A stretch of DNA of 64,000 nucleotides from Gemmatimonadota bacterium (GCA_022566515.1 JADFIT010000002.1:4068-68067); one strand, 5' to 3'. Counted from the first letter of the stretch, positions 44,505 to 54,127 are shown. The notes: generated by a model not told the origin, from the letters alone. Program-made: numbers and translations.

Positions 44505-45119
44505 ATGACATCTGTGGGAGAATCAATAGCGGTTGCAGACTCGGACTGGCGTACGATTGTTCGCGCCGGGGTGCAGCTTGGGGTTGTTACCGCGGTAGGC
44601 GTTGCGGTTTTTGCGCTCTTGTCTCGGGGGATGGTCGGCACTACGGAGATCATTGTGCAATCGGTGTTGATCTTGGTAGGCGGGGCCGTCTTTGCCTACC
44701 TCCCGTCGATGCTGCTTCGTCCACGGGATACGGACGGCATTGCTTGGGCTGCGATGATAGGGCTGGTCGGTGCCCTGGTGTTCACGGTGATCGACACCGT
44801 GCTCTTGCGTCCCATGAACCTGTACCATTGGACTTGGGACGCCATTGGCGGCGGCAGTGGTTTTTGGTACATCCCGGTGTGGTGGATGGGAGCGGTGTTT
44901 TTGGCGTGGCTCGGCGCGTGGGTGGTAGCAGCGAGTTCGCGCCACACGGAAGCCGGTATCCTGGCCATCGCGGGGCAGAGCATGGGGATTGGGGTGGTGC
45001 TGGGTGGGATCTTGATGGCGACCGGTGTAGTGCCCTTCCATAGCGCCGGATTCGCGCTGGCGTTCGCGGTCGGGTTGGTGTTGCATGTTCCGCTCGCCGG
45101 AGTGATGCACAAGGGGTGA
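44505..45119 (+). CDS. Hypothetical polytopic membrane protein
   Basis: 204 aa with about 6 hydrophobic helices and good GC3. No recognisable motif. Confidence 0.55.
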   Translation: MTSVGESIAVADSDWRTIVRAGVQLGVVTAVGVAVFALLSRGMVGTTEIIVQSVLILVGGAVFAYLPSMLLRPRDTDGIAWAAMIGLVGALVFTVIDTVLLRPMNLYHWTWDAIGGGSGFWYIPVWWMGAVFLAWLGAWVVAASSRHTEAGILAIAGQSMGIGVVLGGILMATGVVPFHSAGFALAFAVGLVLHVPLAGVMHKG

Positions 45120-45418
45120 TCTTTGTAACCCGGCGAATCATCAGGTCGGTTGGTTGGCTGCTCACGCCGTTCGCTGCGGGGGCAGTTTCTTTTTTGGGGG
45201 CCTGGGCCGGCGCGCGCATAGGGCGTCTTGTGGAGTCTCCAAGATGGGCCTTGGCGTTGCTCATCCTTGGCGCCGCCGTGGGGGCCCTCGCCGGCGCCGG
45301 TGCTTGGGTGTGGGGATTGCGACGGGCTTGGCACAGCGCGCTGCGGCTCAAGCGAGAGCGGCTGATGCGTGAGAGGGCCGAGAGGAGAGGAAGTGAAGCA
45401 GATGCAGGAGTGGAGTAA
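45116..45418 (+). CDS. Hypothetical small membrane protein (2 TM, basic C-tail)
   Basis: GTG start overlapping the upstream stop (GTGA). Two hydrophobic helices then RLKRERLMRERAERR. Confidence 0.45.
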   Translation: MIFVTRRIIRSVGWLLTPFAAGAVSFLGAWAGARIGRLVESPRWALALLILGAAVGALAGAGAWVWGLRRAWHSALRLKRERLMRERAERRGSEADAGVE

Positions 45419-45455
45419 GTCTGACCATGTCATCCTTCACATCGAGAAAAATGCC

Positions 45456-46310
45456 ATGTGCGTACTCAGATTCGTGGTTGCGATGCTGGTGGCGGTCACG
45501 CCGGGGCTCGTCGCGCAGAACGCGCAATTCGAAACGACCAAGATAGCGGACGGTGTCTACCAATTTCGCTGGGAGTCGCACAACAGCCTCTTCGTTGTCA
45601 CTTCCGATGGGGTTGTGGTAATCGACCCTATCTCGACGGATGCGGCTCGACAGCTGGCAGCTGAGATTCGCAGCACGGCACCGGGCGCCACGCTCCGGGC
45701 CATCGTGTACAGCCACGACCACGCCGACCACGCCACCGGCGCCAGGGTGCTGCGAGAGGAATTCGGCGGGTCCATACCGGTGTTCGCTCATGAGAACGCG
45801 CGCCCAAAGATCGAGGCCGCCGAGAGCGCCGAGCTACCACCGCCGGACGTCACTTTTTCGCAACAGATCACCTTGCATTTTGGCGGACGGAGGCTGGAGT
45901 TGCATTACCTGGGCAAGAGCCACAGCGACAACATGGTGGTGGCGTTGCTCCCGGACGCCCGGGTCGTGTTCGCGGTAGATTTCGTATCGAACGATCGCGT
46001 TGGATTTCGCTCACTTCCGGACTACCACTTCCCCGAGTTCTTCCAAGCGCTAGACCGGTTGCGGTCACTCGATTTTGACACGGTCGTGTTCGGCCACGGA
46101 CCACCGGGAGATCGTGCATCGATCGATCGTCAGATACGGTACTACGCCGATCTTAGACGAGCTGTGACGGAGGCCGTCGGCCAAGGTCTCTCGGAGGATG
46201 AGGCGGCGGCTCGCGTCCGGTTGCCGATGTATCGTGATTGGGGCGCCTATGGCGACTGGTTCGAGCTGAACGTGCGCGCGATCTACCGTTGGTTGGTGTC
46301 CTCGGAATGA
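45456..46310 (+). CDS. Secreted metallo-beta-lactamase-fold hydrolase
   Basis: Signal MCVLRFVVAMLVAVTPGLVAQ and HxHxDH motif (VYSHDHADHATG). The ORF is open from 45369. Confidence 0.8.
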   Translation: MCVLRFVVAMLVAVTPGLVAQNAQFETTKIADGVYQFRWESHNSLFVVTSDGVVVIDPISTDAARQLAAEIRSTAPGATLRAIVYSHDHADHATGARVLREEFGGSIPVFAHENARPKIEAAESAELPPPDVTFSQQITLHFGGRRLELHYLGKSHSDNMVVALLPDARVVFAVDFVSNDRVGFRSLPDYHFPEFFQALDRLRSLDFDTVVFGHGPPGDRASIDRQIRYYADLRRAVTEAVGQGLSEDEAAARVRLPMYRDWGAYGDWFELNVRAIYRWLVSSE

Positions 46311-48592
46311 TGCTCGGACGCCTTCCTCTGTTGCCCATTGGTGTGATGCTGGTCGCGATGATCATATGGTCTGGCGGAGCGTCGGCTCAAACCCCGAGGC
46401 GCGACGCAGCGACACCACCGAAAACTTCAGCAGCCAGGACGATGGATCCGCCGGTAATCGACGGCATACCGGATGAGGACGCATGGCAGGCGGCAGCGGT
46501 GATTTCGGATTTTGTGCAGAACGAACCGTTCGAGGGTCGCGCGGCGACCGAGCGGACGGAAGTGCGGATTTTGTACGACGATGCTGCCGTATATGTGGCG
46601 GCGTGGATGTTCGACGCCGATCCATCTGCGATCGTGCTCGGCGAGACGCGACGTGACGCCGACCTTTCGGATACCGATGCGCTGCTTATCGTGCTGGATA
46701 CCTATCTCGATCGTCAGAACGGATTCGTATTCGGCACGACACCGGCAGGCATCGAGTACGACGGCCAGGTCATCAAGGAGGGGCAGGGAGGGTTTGGCGG
46801 CGGCTTCGGTTCCGGCGGTTCTCGCCAGCAGCGCGGCTCGGGTGGCGGCTTCAACGTCAACTGGGACGGGAGTTGGGATGTGGCGACATCCCGCGACGGC
46901 AGAGGCTGGTACGCTGAGTTCCGGATTCCTTTCTCAACGCTGCGCTACGGGCGGGGGGGCGCCCAGACTTGGGGGCTGAATATCTCCCGCAACATCCGCC
47001 GGCGGAACGAGCAGGCCTTTTGGGCGCCCATACCGAGGCAGTTCGACCTCTACCGGCTGTCACAGGCAGGTACTTTGCATGGAATCGAAGCGCCGGCCCG
47101 CCGGACTGTCGACGTCACGCCGTACGTTCTCGGATCCTCTGAATGGGACTACACCACCGGTGCCGGCGGTCCCGCGGTGAATCGCGTCGGTGACATCGGG
47201 GGTGACATCAAGATCGGCGTCACACCGAGCCTCACGTTCGATGCCACGTACAACACGGACTTCGCTCAAGTCGAGGTGGACGACGAGCAGATCAACCTCA
47301 CACGGTTCAGTCTGTTTTTTCCCGAGAAGCGGCCGTTCTTTTTGGAAAACGCCGGAACCTTCTCCGTGGGCACACCCCGGTCGGTGGAGCTGTTCTTCAG
47401 TCGACGAATCGGGATTGCGGACGGGTTGGCCGTTCCCATCCTGGGCGGCGGACGTCTAACCGGAAAGGTCGGGCGCGTGACGGTGGGCGCACTCAACATT
47501 CAAACGCGCCGTTTACAACGACTGGATCCGGCAACCCGGCAGCTTGAAGAAATCGCCCCTCGCAACAACTTCTCGGTCGCTCGGGTGTTGCGAGAGCTGC
47601 CCAACCGCTCTCGCATCGGTGCCATGTTCATCAGCCGACTCAACACCGACGACACCAACGATTACAACCTCACCTATGTGGTGGACGGGCGGCTCGGTAT
47701 CGGCGATGCGGTATCGATCGATGGTTACGTGGCGCTTACCCAGACACCTGGCCTCGTTGATGGCGAGCACGCGTTCAACATCAGCGGCAGCTACACCACC
47801 CGAAACTGGGAAGCAGGGCTGGCTTTCCGCGAGCTGGGCGCGGATTTCAACCCGGAGGTGGGTTTTCTCGGGCGCAGGGCGTATCGGTTCAGGAGCGCGA
47901 GGCTCTTGCGTCATGTTCGTTTTCCGTCGATCCCGTGGTTCCGGGAACTCAGGCCCCACATCACGTACCGGGAATTCCTCGACCTAGACGGGTTCAGCGA
48001 AACCCGGCTGATCCATATCGACAACCATTTGGAGTTCGCGAACGGCGCGTTCTTCCAGTTTCCCTCGGTGAATTTTACCCGGGAGGGAATCAAAGAGCCG
48101 TTCGGCATTGCCGATGGTGTGGAGGTTCTGCCAGGGACCTACGACAACATCGATATAGGATGGCGTTTCAACACGAACGAAAGTGCAACGCTTTCGCTGG
48201 CCGGAAGCACCAACATCGGCGGGTTCTACTCGGGTCACCGAAAGGGTGGGGACATCACGCTGAACGGCCGCTTCGGATATGCTTTCGTAATGGGGTTGCG
48301 CCTCAGCTATTTCGACGTCGACCTCGCCGAGGGGAGTTTCGAGACCGCGTTGATCGCTTTGCGCACGGCGTATTCTTTCACGCCCCGGATCTATCTGCAG
48401 TCGTTGATCCAGTACAGCGATCAAACCGACAACTTCTCGGTGAATGTGCGCTTCGGATGGCTGAACACTGCAGGCACCGGCTTGTTTGTCGTGTACAACG
48501 ACATCGAGCGGGTCGAGTCAGAATCCCGTTGGGAGGCAGTCAACCGGAGCTTCATCGTAAAATTCACGCAGTTGTTCCACGTGGCCCGATAG
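46307..48592 (+). CDS. Secreted CBM9-like / DUF5916-like large beta-rich protein
   Basis: ATGA overlap with the MBL gene and a signal peptide (MMLGRLPLLPIGVMLVAMIIWSGGASAQ). N-terminal IDGIPDEDAWQAA...FVQNEPFEG...VRILYDDAAVYVAAWMFD resembles CBM9/DOMON-type modules, and the rest is rich in alternating beta-strand patterns. Family assignment is from memory only. Confidence 0.6.
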   Translation: MMLGRLPLLPIGVMLVAMIIWSGGASAQTPRRDAATPPKTSAARTMDPPVIDGIPDEDAWQAAAVISDFVQNEPFEGRAATERTEVRILYDDAAVYVAAWMFDADPSAIVLGETRRDADLSDTDALLIVLDTYLDRQNGFVFGTTPAGIEYDGQVIKEGQGGFGGGFGSGGSRQQRGSGGGFNVNWDGSWDVATSRDGRGWYAEFRIPFSTLRYGRGGAQTWGLNISRNIRRRNEQAFWAPIPRQFDLYRLSQAGTLHGIEAPARRTVDVTPYVLGSSEWDYTTGAGGPAVNRVGDIGGDIKIGVTPSLTFDATYNTDFAQVEVDDEQINLTRFSLFFPEKRPFFLENAGTFSVGTPRSVELFFSRRIGIADGLAVPILGGGRLTGKVGRVTVGALNIQTRRLQRLDPATRQLEEIAPRNNFSVARVLRELPNRSRIGAMFISRLNTDDTNDYNLTYVVDGRLGIGDAVSIDGYVALTQTPGLVDGEHAFNISGSYTTRNWEAGLAFRELGADFNPEVGFLGRRAYRFRSARLLRHVRFPSIPWFRELRPHITYREFLDLDGFSETRLIHIDNHLEFANGAFFQFPSVNFTREGIKEPFGIADGVEVLPGTYDNIDIGWRFNTNESATLSLAGSTNIGGFYSGHRKGGDITLNGRFGYAFVMGLRLSYFDVDLAEGSFETALIALRTAYSFTPRIYLQSLIQYSDQTDNFSVNVRFGWLNTAGTGLFVVYNDIERVESESRWEAVNRSFIVKFTQLFHVAR

Positions 48593-48611
48593 GCTCACGG
48601 GTCGAAAGGCT

Positions 48612-49887
48612 GATGCCCGAGTCTCTCCCATCCGAGCGGGAATATGCCCGGTCACTCGACACCGCAGACCCACTGGCCCGGTACCGCGAGCGATTCGAGT
48701 TTCCCCGGCAAGACGACGGCTCATCAGTCGTGTATCTGTTGGGTAATTCACTGGGGCTCATGCCGGAATCGGTCCGCGCGGCAGTCGCAGAAGAGTTGCG
48801 GCGATGGGGCACGCTCGCCATCGAGGGATACTTCCAGGGTTCCCAGCCCTGGTACACGTATCAAGATTCGTTCCGAGAGACGGCGGCTCGAGTGGTGGGC
48901 GCTCGCCCGCACGAGGTCGTCATGATGAACAGCCTGACGATGAACCTTCACGTCATGATGGTTTCGTTTTATCGGCCGGCGGGAAAACGAACCAAGATAC
49001 TCATGGAGGAGAACGCCTTCCCCTCCGACCGGTACGCGGTGGCGTCGCAAGTGCGAATGCACCGGCTCGATCCGTCGAGCACGGTGATTGTCGCGCAACC
49101 TCGCAAGGGCGAGTCGATGATTAGGACAGCAGACATCGAGGCGCTTCTCGAAGAGCGAGGGGAAGAAATCGCCTTGGTGATGCTCGGGGGGATCAACTAC
49201 CTATCGGGGCAACTGTTCGACATGGAACGAATCGCCGCCGCCGCTCGGGCCCAAGGATGCGTCGTAGGATTCGATCTCGCCCACTCGGCGGGCAACGTGC
49301 CGCATTCGCTGCACGATTGGGACGTCGATTTTGCGGTGTGGTGTACGTACAAATACCTGAACAGCGGGCCGGGCTCTGTGGCTGGGTGTTTCGTCCACGA
49401 ACGACACGCTTCGAATCATGATCTCCCCAGGCTCGCCGGTTGGTGGGGAAACGACCCCGCCATCCGGTTCGAGATGCGTGAGTCCTTCGAGCCGCACGAG
49501 GGTGCGGATGGGTGGCAGGTGAGCAATCCGTCGATTCTCGCCATGGCGCCGGTCAAGGCCTCCCTCGAGCTGTTCGAGGAGGTGGGGATGGAGGCGTTGC
49601 GGCGCAAATCGGTGGCGCTCACAGGATACCTGGAAACGCTGCTGCACGGCCTGGCGTCGGACAGGTTCGAAATCATCACTCCGGGAGAAGTTGAAGCCCG
49701 CGGTTGCCAGCTGTCGCTCCGCTTCCGGAACGGGGCGCAGAAAGTGTTCACTGAGCTTGCCGAACGCGGTGTCGTGGTAGACTTTCGCGAACCCGACGTA
49801 ATCCGGGTGGCCCCGGTTCCGCTGTACAACACCTTTGACGACGTGTGGGTATTCGTGGATGAATTGAAAAGGGCGCTGATTGGGTAA
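48612..49887 (+). CDS. kynU: Kynureninase
   Basis: LDTADPLARYRERFEFP, YLLGNSLGLMP, FAVWCTYKYLNSGPG (PLP lysine), GWWGNDP. The upstream part of ORF 47935-49887 is an alternative frame of the preceding gene. Confidence 0.9.
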
Positions 49888-49891
49888 GACG

Positions 49892-50518
49892 ATGCGCAAG
49901 ATGCTCTACGACATCTCTCCGTTGATAACGCCTGATCTGAAAGTCTGGCCCGGCGACACCCCGCCGAGTCGTGAGGTGCTCCTGGACATGAAGAAAGGTG
50001 ACAGCCTCAACCTCTCCACGCTCCATGCCACGGTCCACTTGGGAGCCCACGTGGACGCACTGAGTCATTGCGGCATCGACGCCCCGTCCATCGAGTGCTG
50101 GCCGCCCGAGCGGTTCGTGGGGCCGTGCGAAGTGGTGCGCATTTCCGTAGACCGAGCGTGCCTCGTCGGCCTTGAAGCGCTGACCGAACCGGTTCGGGCG
50201 GAACGCATCCTGCTGGTCACGAACAGCTTCCCCGACCCGACACGGTTCAATGAAGATTTTGCGGCATTGGCACCGGATCTCATTGAGCACCTCGCGGAGC
50301 TGGGAGTAAAGCTCGTTGGCATCGACACGCCCAGCGTCGACCTCTTTGCTTCGTCTGACCTCGAGACACACCGTGCGTGCTTGCGGTGCGACATGGCAAT
50401 CTTGGAAGGACTCGTGCTGAAACACGTCCCCCCGGGAGCATACGAACTCATTGCGCTGCCGCTGAGACTCGTGGGCTTCGACGCCAGTCCTGTGAGGGCC
50501 GTGTTGAGGGAGTTATAG
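49892..50518 (+). CDS. kynB: Kynurenine formamidase (cyclase family)
   Basis: About 208 aa. LYDISPLITPDLKVWPGD and HLGAHVDALSH (HxGxHxDxxxH metal motif). Immediately follows kynU. Confidence 0.8.
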   Translation: MRKMLYDISPLITPDLKVWPGDTPPSREVLLDMKKGDSLNLSTLHATVHLGAHVDALSHCGIDAPSIECWPPERFVGPCEVVRISVDRACLVGLEALTEPVRAERILLVTNSFPDPTRFNEDFAALAPDLIEHLAELGVKLVGIDTPSVDLFASSDLETHRACLRCDMAILEGLVLKHVPPGAYELIALPLRLVGFDASPVRAVLREL

Positions 50519-51472
50519 GCTCTTGCGTTTGGATCGTGGGGCCGTTCCCGAAGCACCTGGCGATCCTTTCTTCCGCCAATAGCGGGCGAGTCCGTACCAT
50601 GAAAGGTCCGGCGGTGCCCCAAGCTCATACGCTGCCACCTGTTCCTCGCTCAACACCTCCCTGAGATGCGCCAGCACCCACTCGGCGAACCGGGCGGCCC
50701 GGGCCGCGTCGTCGCCCTCTTCGAGCAGTGATTCCCGCACGCGAGCACTCCAGGCGATCAATCGTTCCTCGAGCAGTGCTGCGTGGTGTTTCACGTGTGT
50801 GGCAGGACCGAAGTGCGTCACGAACAGCCGGTCGGGCCGCCACTCGAGGATGCGATTGACGCTTTCGAGCATGACGCCCGTGTCGATGTCCGGCGGCGGC
50901 GTGGCCGGAAGTACCACCTTGCCGTCCCGAATCCGGCCGCCGGCCGCGTCACCCACGAACGCTATTCCGGAACTCGAGTCGAAGTAACTGACATGATGCG
51001 AGGCGTGTCCGGGTGTATACGCGATGTCGAGCGAGCGGCCCCCTTCCCTAAACCGGTCGCCGTCTTGAACGATTCTCAAGTTTTCTTCGGGAACGGCGAG
51101 CACTGTACCCCACAGTTGCGCCATTCGATCACCGAAAAGGCGGGCGGCGCTGGCCACCAGACGAGACGGATCCACCAGGTGTGGCGCGCCGCGCTGGTGC
51201 ACAAACACGTTGATCTTGGGGTTGGCACGGATCAGCGTACCGCACGCGCCGGAGTGGTCGAGGTGAATGTGCGTGACGAGCACGGCGCGAATGTCCAGCA
51301 GGCCGATGCCGGCCTCGTGTAATCGCAAGCGCAGGACTGGGATGGTCGACGCGGGGCCGGGGTCGATGATGGCGACGCCAGAATCCAACTCCAGGATCGC
51401 TGCCCCAATGACTGACGCCTGCCCGCAGTGGCGGAGGTCGATGAGATGGGTCTTGTCGGCGATTTGTTCCAA
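50513..51472 (-). CDS. Metallo-beta-lactamase-fold hydrolase
   Basis: VTHIHLDHSGACG (HxHxDH), TPGHASHH. Its stop overlaps the kynB stop region in convergent orientation. Confidence 0.8.
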   Translation of the reverse strand: MEQIADKTHLIDLRHCGQASVIGAAILELDSGVAIIDPGPASTIPVLRLRLHEAGIGLLDIRAVLVTHIHLDHSGACGTLIRANPKINVFVHQRGAPHLVDPSRLVASAARLFGDRMAQLWGTVLAVPEENLRIVQDGDRFREGGRSLDIAYTPGHASHHVSYFDSSSGIAFVGDAAGGRIRDGKVVLPATPPPDIDTGVMLESVNRILEWRPDRLFVTHFGPATHVKHHAALLEERLIAWSARVRESLLEEGDDAARAARFAEWVLAHLREVLSEEQVAAYELGAPPDLSWYGLARYWRKKGSPGASGTAPRSKRKSL

Positions 51473-51475
51473 GGG

Positions 51476-52204
51476 TCAACCTGTCAAAACGTAGTAACAC
51501 CGTTCGGTATCGGGTTCCCGGACGAACCGGGTAACCCTGTAGCCGCGAGCGAAGTAAGATTGAAACGCCTCGCGCGTCTTACTGCGCCACTCCCGGGCCA
51601 CATCCGGCGCTACGGCTTTCAAACTCTGAATGTCGGCGGGAATCTCCAGACGGACGACGGGTTCACCTCCCCGTCCTTCCGTCCTTTCGCCCTTCCGTTT
51701 TTCCGTTCGTAATAGCCACCTCACGACGAGACGATCGCTCCCGATCACACTATCGGTCGTACTGCCCTCGTCGTCACCATACATGTTGGGCACGTATTCC
51801 ACGACATCGACACCGAGCTTCTGTAGATTGAGGTAGGCGTTCCGTGCCACGAGCGGGTCGTAGGTCCAATACATCACAAAGACACCTCGGGACAGCAGCG
51901 CCGTTCGTTGAAAGGCTTTCAGATCTTGCCCTATCCCGCGACCGCGGTATTCCCGCTTTACTGCCAGCATGTGGGACCAGTGGCACGGTTCACCGTCCCT
52001 CCACCCCATGAGTCCGTATACGAATCCCAACAGGACTCCTTTGGCATCAAACGCGCCGGCCGCCACACCGTCCATCTTCTGCGAGATCATGAGAATTGCC
52101 GGGGGCACACAGTCGCGGAATTCGGCGCCCCAGGTTTCCCGCTGGAGTTCGACGCAGGCCCGGTAATCGTCCATCGTTTCAAAGAGGCGGATCGTGGCTT
52201 CCAC
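51476..52204 (-). CDS. GNAT family N-acyltransferase, paralog of 10364-11191, carrying an in-frame octamer-repeat insert
   Basis: Alignable over most of its length with the first GNAT (RLFETMDDYRACVELQRETWG / RPFESRNDYEQCVKLQLDTWG; YRGRGIGQDLKAFQR). I chose the GTG at 52204 by analogy with the paralog; the ORF is open to 52303. Confidence 0.75.
   Translation of the reverse strand: MEATIRLFETMDDYRACVELQRETWGAEFRDCVPPAILMISQKMDGVAAGAFDAKGVLLGFVYGLMGWRDGEPCHWSHMLAVKREYRGRGIGQDLKAFQRTALLSRGVFVMYWTYDPLVARNAYLNLQKLGVDVVEYVPNMYGDDEGSTTDSVIGSDRLVVRWLLRTEKRKGERTEGRGGEPVVRLEIPADIQSLKAVAPDVAREWRSKTREAFQSYFARGYRVTRFVREPDTERCYYVLTG
51669..51708 (-). repeat. Octamer tandem array (5 units), copy C of the GGACGGAA element, inside the GNAT CDS
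   Basis: Plus strand reads ccccgtcc ttccgtcc tttcgccc ttccgttt ttccgttc. About 44 bp align to the reverse complement of copy A with 4 mismatches. Translated as RTEKRKGERTEGRGGE. Confidence 0.8.
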
Positions 52205-52338
52205 GGTTGTGATTCTGGTGGAGTGGGGAAGATAAAGTAAGATATATGCAATGTGCGCTCCGTCACTACTTCCACAGTTCGATCGTTGTACCCTCTCAGG
52301 CATCCGTGCTCGCTTCTCATTCTCAAAGGGGGTTCGCT

Positions 52339-52728
52339 ATGAGATCGGCACTGTCTTGGATCCCGATGGTCGTGATCGGACTCGCCCTGCCAGGCTCAGT
52401 TCGGGCTCAGCTATCCGTCGAGGAATCCGCCATCGCGCTCGATGTCATCGATCGCATGCCTGTAGGGTCCGACTCCAGCTTCGTTGCGAGCGTAGGGACC
52501 GTCTATTGTTGGACGCGCGTCGCAGGAGCAGAAGGGGAGGTGGCAATCCACCACGTGTGGTTCCACGGCGATCAGGAGATGGCCGATATCGAGCTTCGCA
52601 TCGGCGGGTCTCCGTGGCGCACTTGGAGCAGCAAAGCCATTGTGCCGGAGTGGACCGGTGATTGGCGAGTTGAGGTTCGGGACTCTGCGGGGAACGTGAT
52701 TGAGACGATTCGGTTCACTGTTCAGTGA
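52339..52728 (+). CDS. Secreted DUF2914-like protein
   Basis: AGGGGG Shine-Dalgarno before ATG 52339 and signal MRSALSWIPMVVIGLALPGSVRAQ. The pattern YCWTRV...HHVWFHGDQE...WRTWSSK...GDWRVEVRDSAGNVI is typical of DUF2914 as I recall it. Confidence 0.65.
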   Translation: MRSALSWIPMVVIGLALPGSVRAQLSVEESAIALDVIDRMPVGSDSSFVASVGTVYCWTRVAGAEGEVAIHHVWFHGDQEMADIELRIGGSPWRTWSSKAIVPEWTGDWRVEVRDSAGNVIETIRFTVQ

Positions 52729-52867
52729 GCCGGGAGCGGTGAGCAGGGAGCAGGCCACCCCCACCCCACTGCACCGCCGATGTTGGGTGGGGTAGGCCGG
52801 CCCCTGGCACTTCCCCTTCTTGTCCGCGGAGGACGCAGAGGTTTTTGGACAGGATAGACGGGATATT

Positions 52868-52908
52868 GTCATGTGAATTAGGCATTCCCGTCGTCCTTCC
52901 GTCCTTTC
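52868..52908 (-). repeat. Copy B of the GGACGGAA element (2 octamer units plus conserved flank), intergenic
   Basis: 52868-52906 is the exact reverse complement of 14817-14855 (39/39). Confidence 0.85.
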
Positions 52909-53130
52909 AGGACTCCTCTTGAATTTCGGCGCAAGAAAGGTCGAAGTGAAGCGAAAAGTAAAGGTGGACTAGCTTCTTGATCCGTCGGTCAGACTTGATC
53001 GACATTATGATTCACCTGGGTTGTGTCAGGTAGCTATCGGCGGGCCCGTAAAGATACGGTGTGCCATCGGTTACGCTACTTCAGCGCCGCTTGACCCTCG
53101 TAGGGCCCTTAGGTAGTTTTTTGCCCAATA

Positions 53131-53146
53131 CGTGAAAATTTTCACG
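53131..53146. promoter_or_regulatory. Perfect 16-bp palindrome CGTGAAAATTTTCACG (GTGA-N6-TCAC, CRP/FNR-like) 13 nt upstream of nuoA
   Basis: Read directly: cgtgaaaattttcacg, the lowest-GC spot of the 430-bp nuo upstream region. It shares GTGAA/TTCAC half-sites with 17447-17468. Confidence 0.4.
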
Positions 53147-53159
53147 AGCTAACTGGGCA

Positions 53160-53516
53160 ATGATTCAAGAATACATCCCGATTCTGCTCTTCCTCGGGTT
53201 CATAGTCGCCAATGCCATCGGCATGTTGGTGTTTTCCCATATCTTGTCGCCCCGCCGCCCCACAAAAATCAAGGCCTCACCATACGAATCCGGCATGCCG
53301 CCGTTGGGAAGCACCCGGGAGAGGTTCAGCGTCAAATTCTACCTCATCGCCATGCTGTTTATCGTGTTTGACATCGAGGTGGTGTTTCTGATCCCGTGGG
53401 GCGTTCAGTTCAGGAAACTCGGTCTGACTGGGTTCGTGGCTATGGCTATCTTTATCCTGGTTCTCGAGGTCGGCCACGCATACGCGTGGAAGAGAGGGGC
53501 ACTCGAATGGGATTAG
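53160..53516 (+). CDS. nuoA: NADH-quinone oxidoreductase subunit A
   Basis: 118 aa, 3 TM, YESGMPP and [11 protein letters not shown] motifs. Confidence 0.9.
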   Translation: MIQEYIPILLFLGFIVANAIGMLVFSHILSPRRPTKIKASPYESGMPPLGSTRERFSVKFYLIAMLFIVFDIEVVFLIPWGVQFRKLGLTGFVAMAIFILVLEVGHAYAWKRGALEWD

Positions 53517-54127
53517 ACCAACTGAAGCGGACCGGTACCGAATCCGTCGTATCATCGATTTCGCCTAATTGGGTTACGACCCGGCTCGACTTTCTGATCA
53601 ACTGGGGCCGGTCGAACAGCTTGTGGCCGATGCCGTTCGGGACGGCCTGCTGCGCCATCGAGTTCATGGCGACGGCTGCGAGCCGGTACGACTTGGCGCG
53701 CTTCGGCATGGAACGGATGAGTTTTTCGCCGCGGCAGGCCGACGTCTTGCTCTGCGCCGGACGCGTGCCTTTCAAGCTGGCGTCGGTAATTCGCCGGATC
53801 TACGACCAGATGCCGCAACCCAAGTGGGTGATTTCGATGGGGGCGTGCGCTTCCACCGGTGGCATCTTCGATAACTACGCCATGGTGCAGGGCATCGACA
53901 CGGTGATCCCGGTGGATGTGTACGTACCAGGCTGCCCTCCACGTCCTGAAGGACTCCTATATGGCATTCTGATGCTGCAGAAGAAGGTCCGCGGGGAAAC
54001 GCTCGCCGACAGTTCCTTGCGGGACGAGGACGAGCTGAATAGTCAGGGATTGCGGCTCCCACCGAGTTTGGTGGATGAACTCTCGGAGCCCTTCGGTAAC
54101 TCCATCCATCAAACCCGTTCAGGGTAA
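53507..54127 (+). CDS. nuoB: NADH-quinone oxidoreductase subunit B
   Basis: [38 protein letters not shown] (N2 cluster cysteines). The ATG overlaps the nuoA end by 10 nt. Confidence 0.9.
   Translation: MGLDQLKRTGTESVVSSISPNWVTTRLDFLINWGRSNSLWPMPFGTACCAIEFMATAASRYDLARFGMERMSFSPRQADVLLCAGRVPFKLASVIRRIYDQMPQPKWVISMGACASTGGIFDNYAMVQGIDTVIPVDVYVPGCPPRPEGLLYGILMLQKKVRGETLADSSLRDEDELNSQGLRLPPSLVDELSEPFGNSIHQTRSG

Noticed and set aside
47935-49887. 650-aa ORF as a single gene
   Set aside because: Its N-terminal third is an out-of-frame read-through of the DUF5916-like gene. Kynureninase homology begins at ATG 48612.
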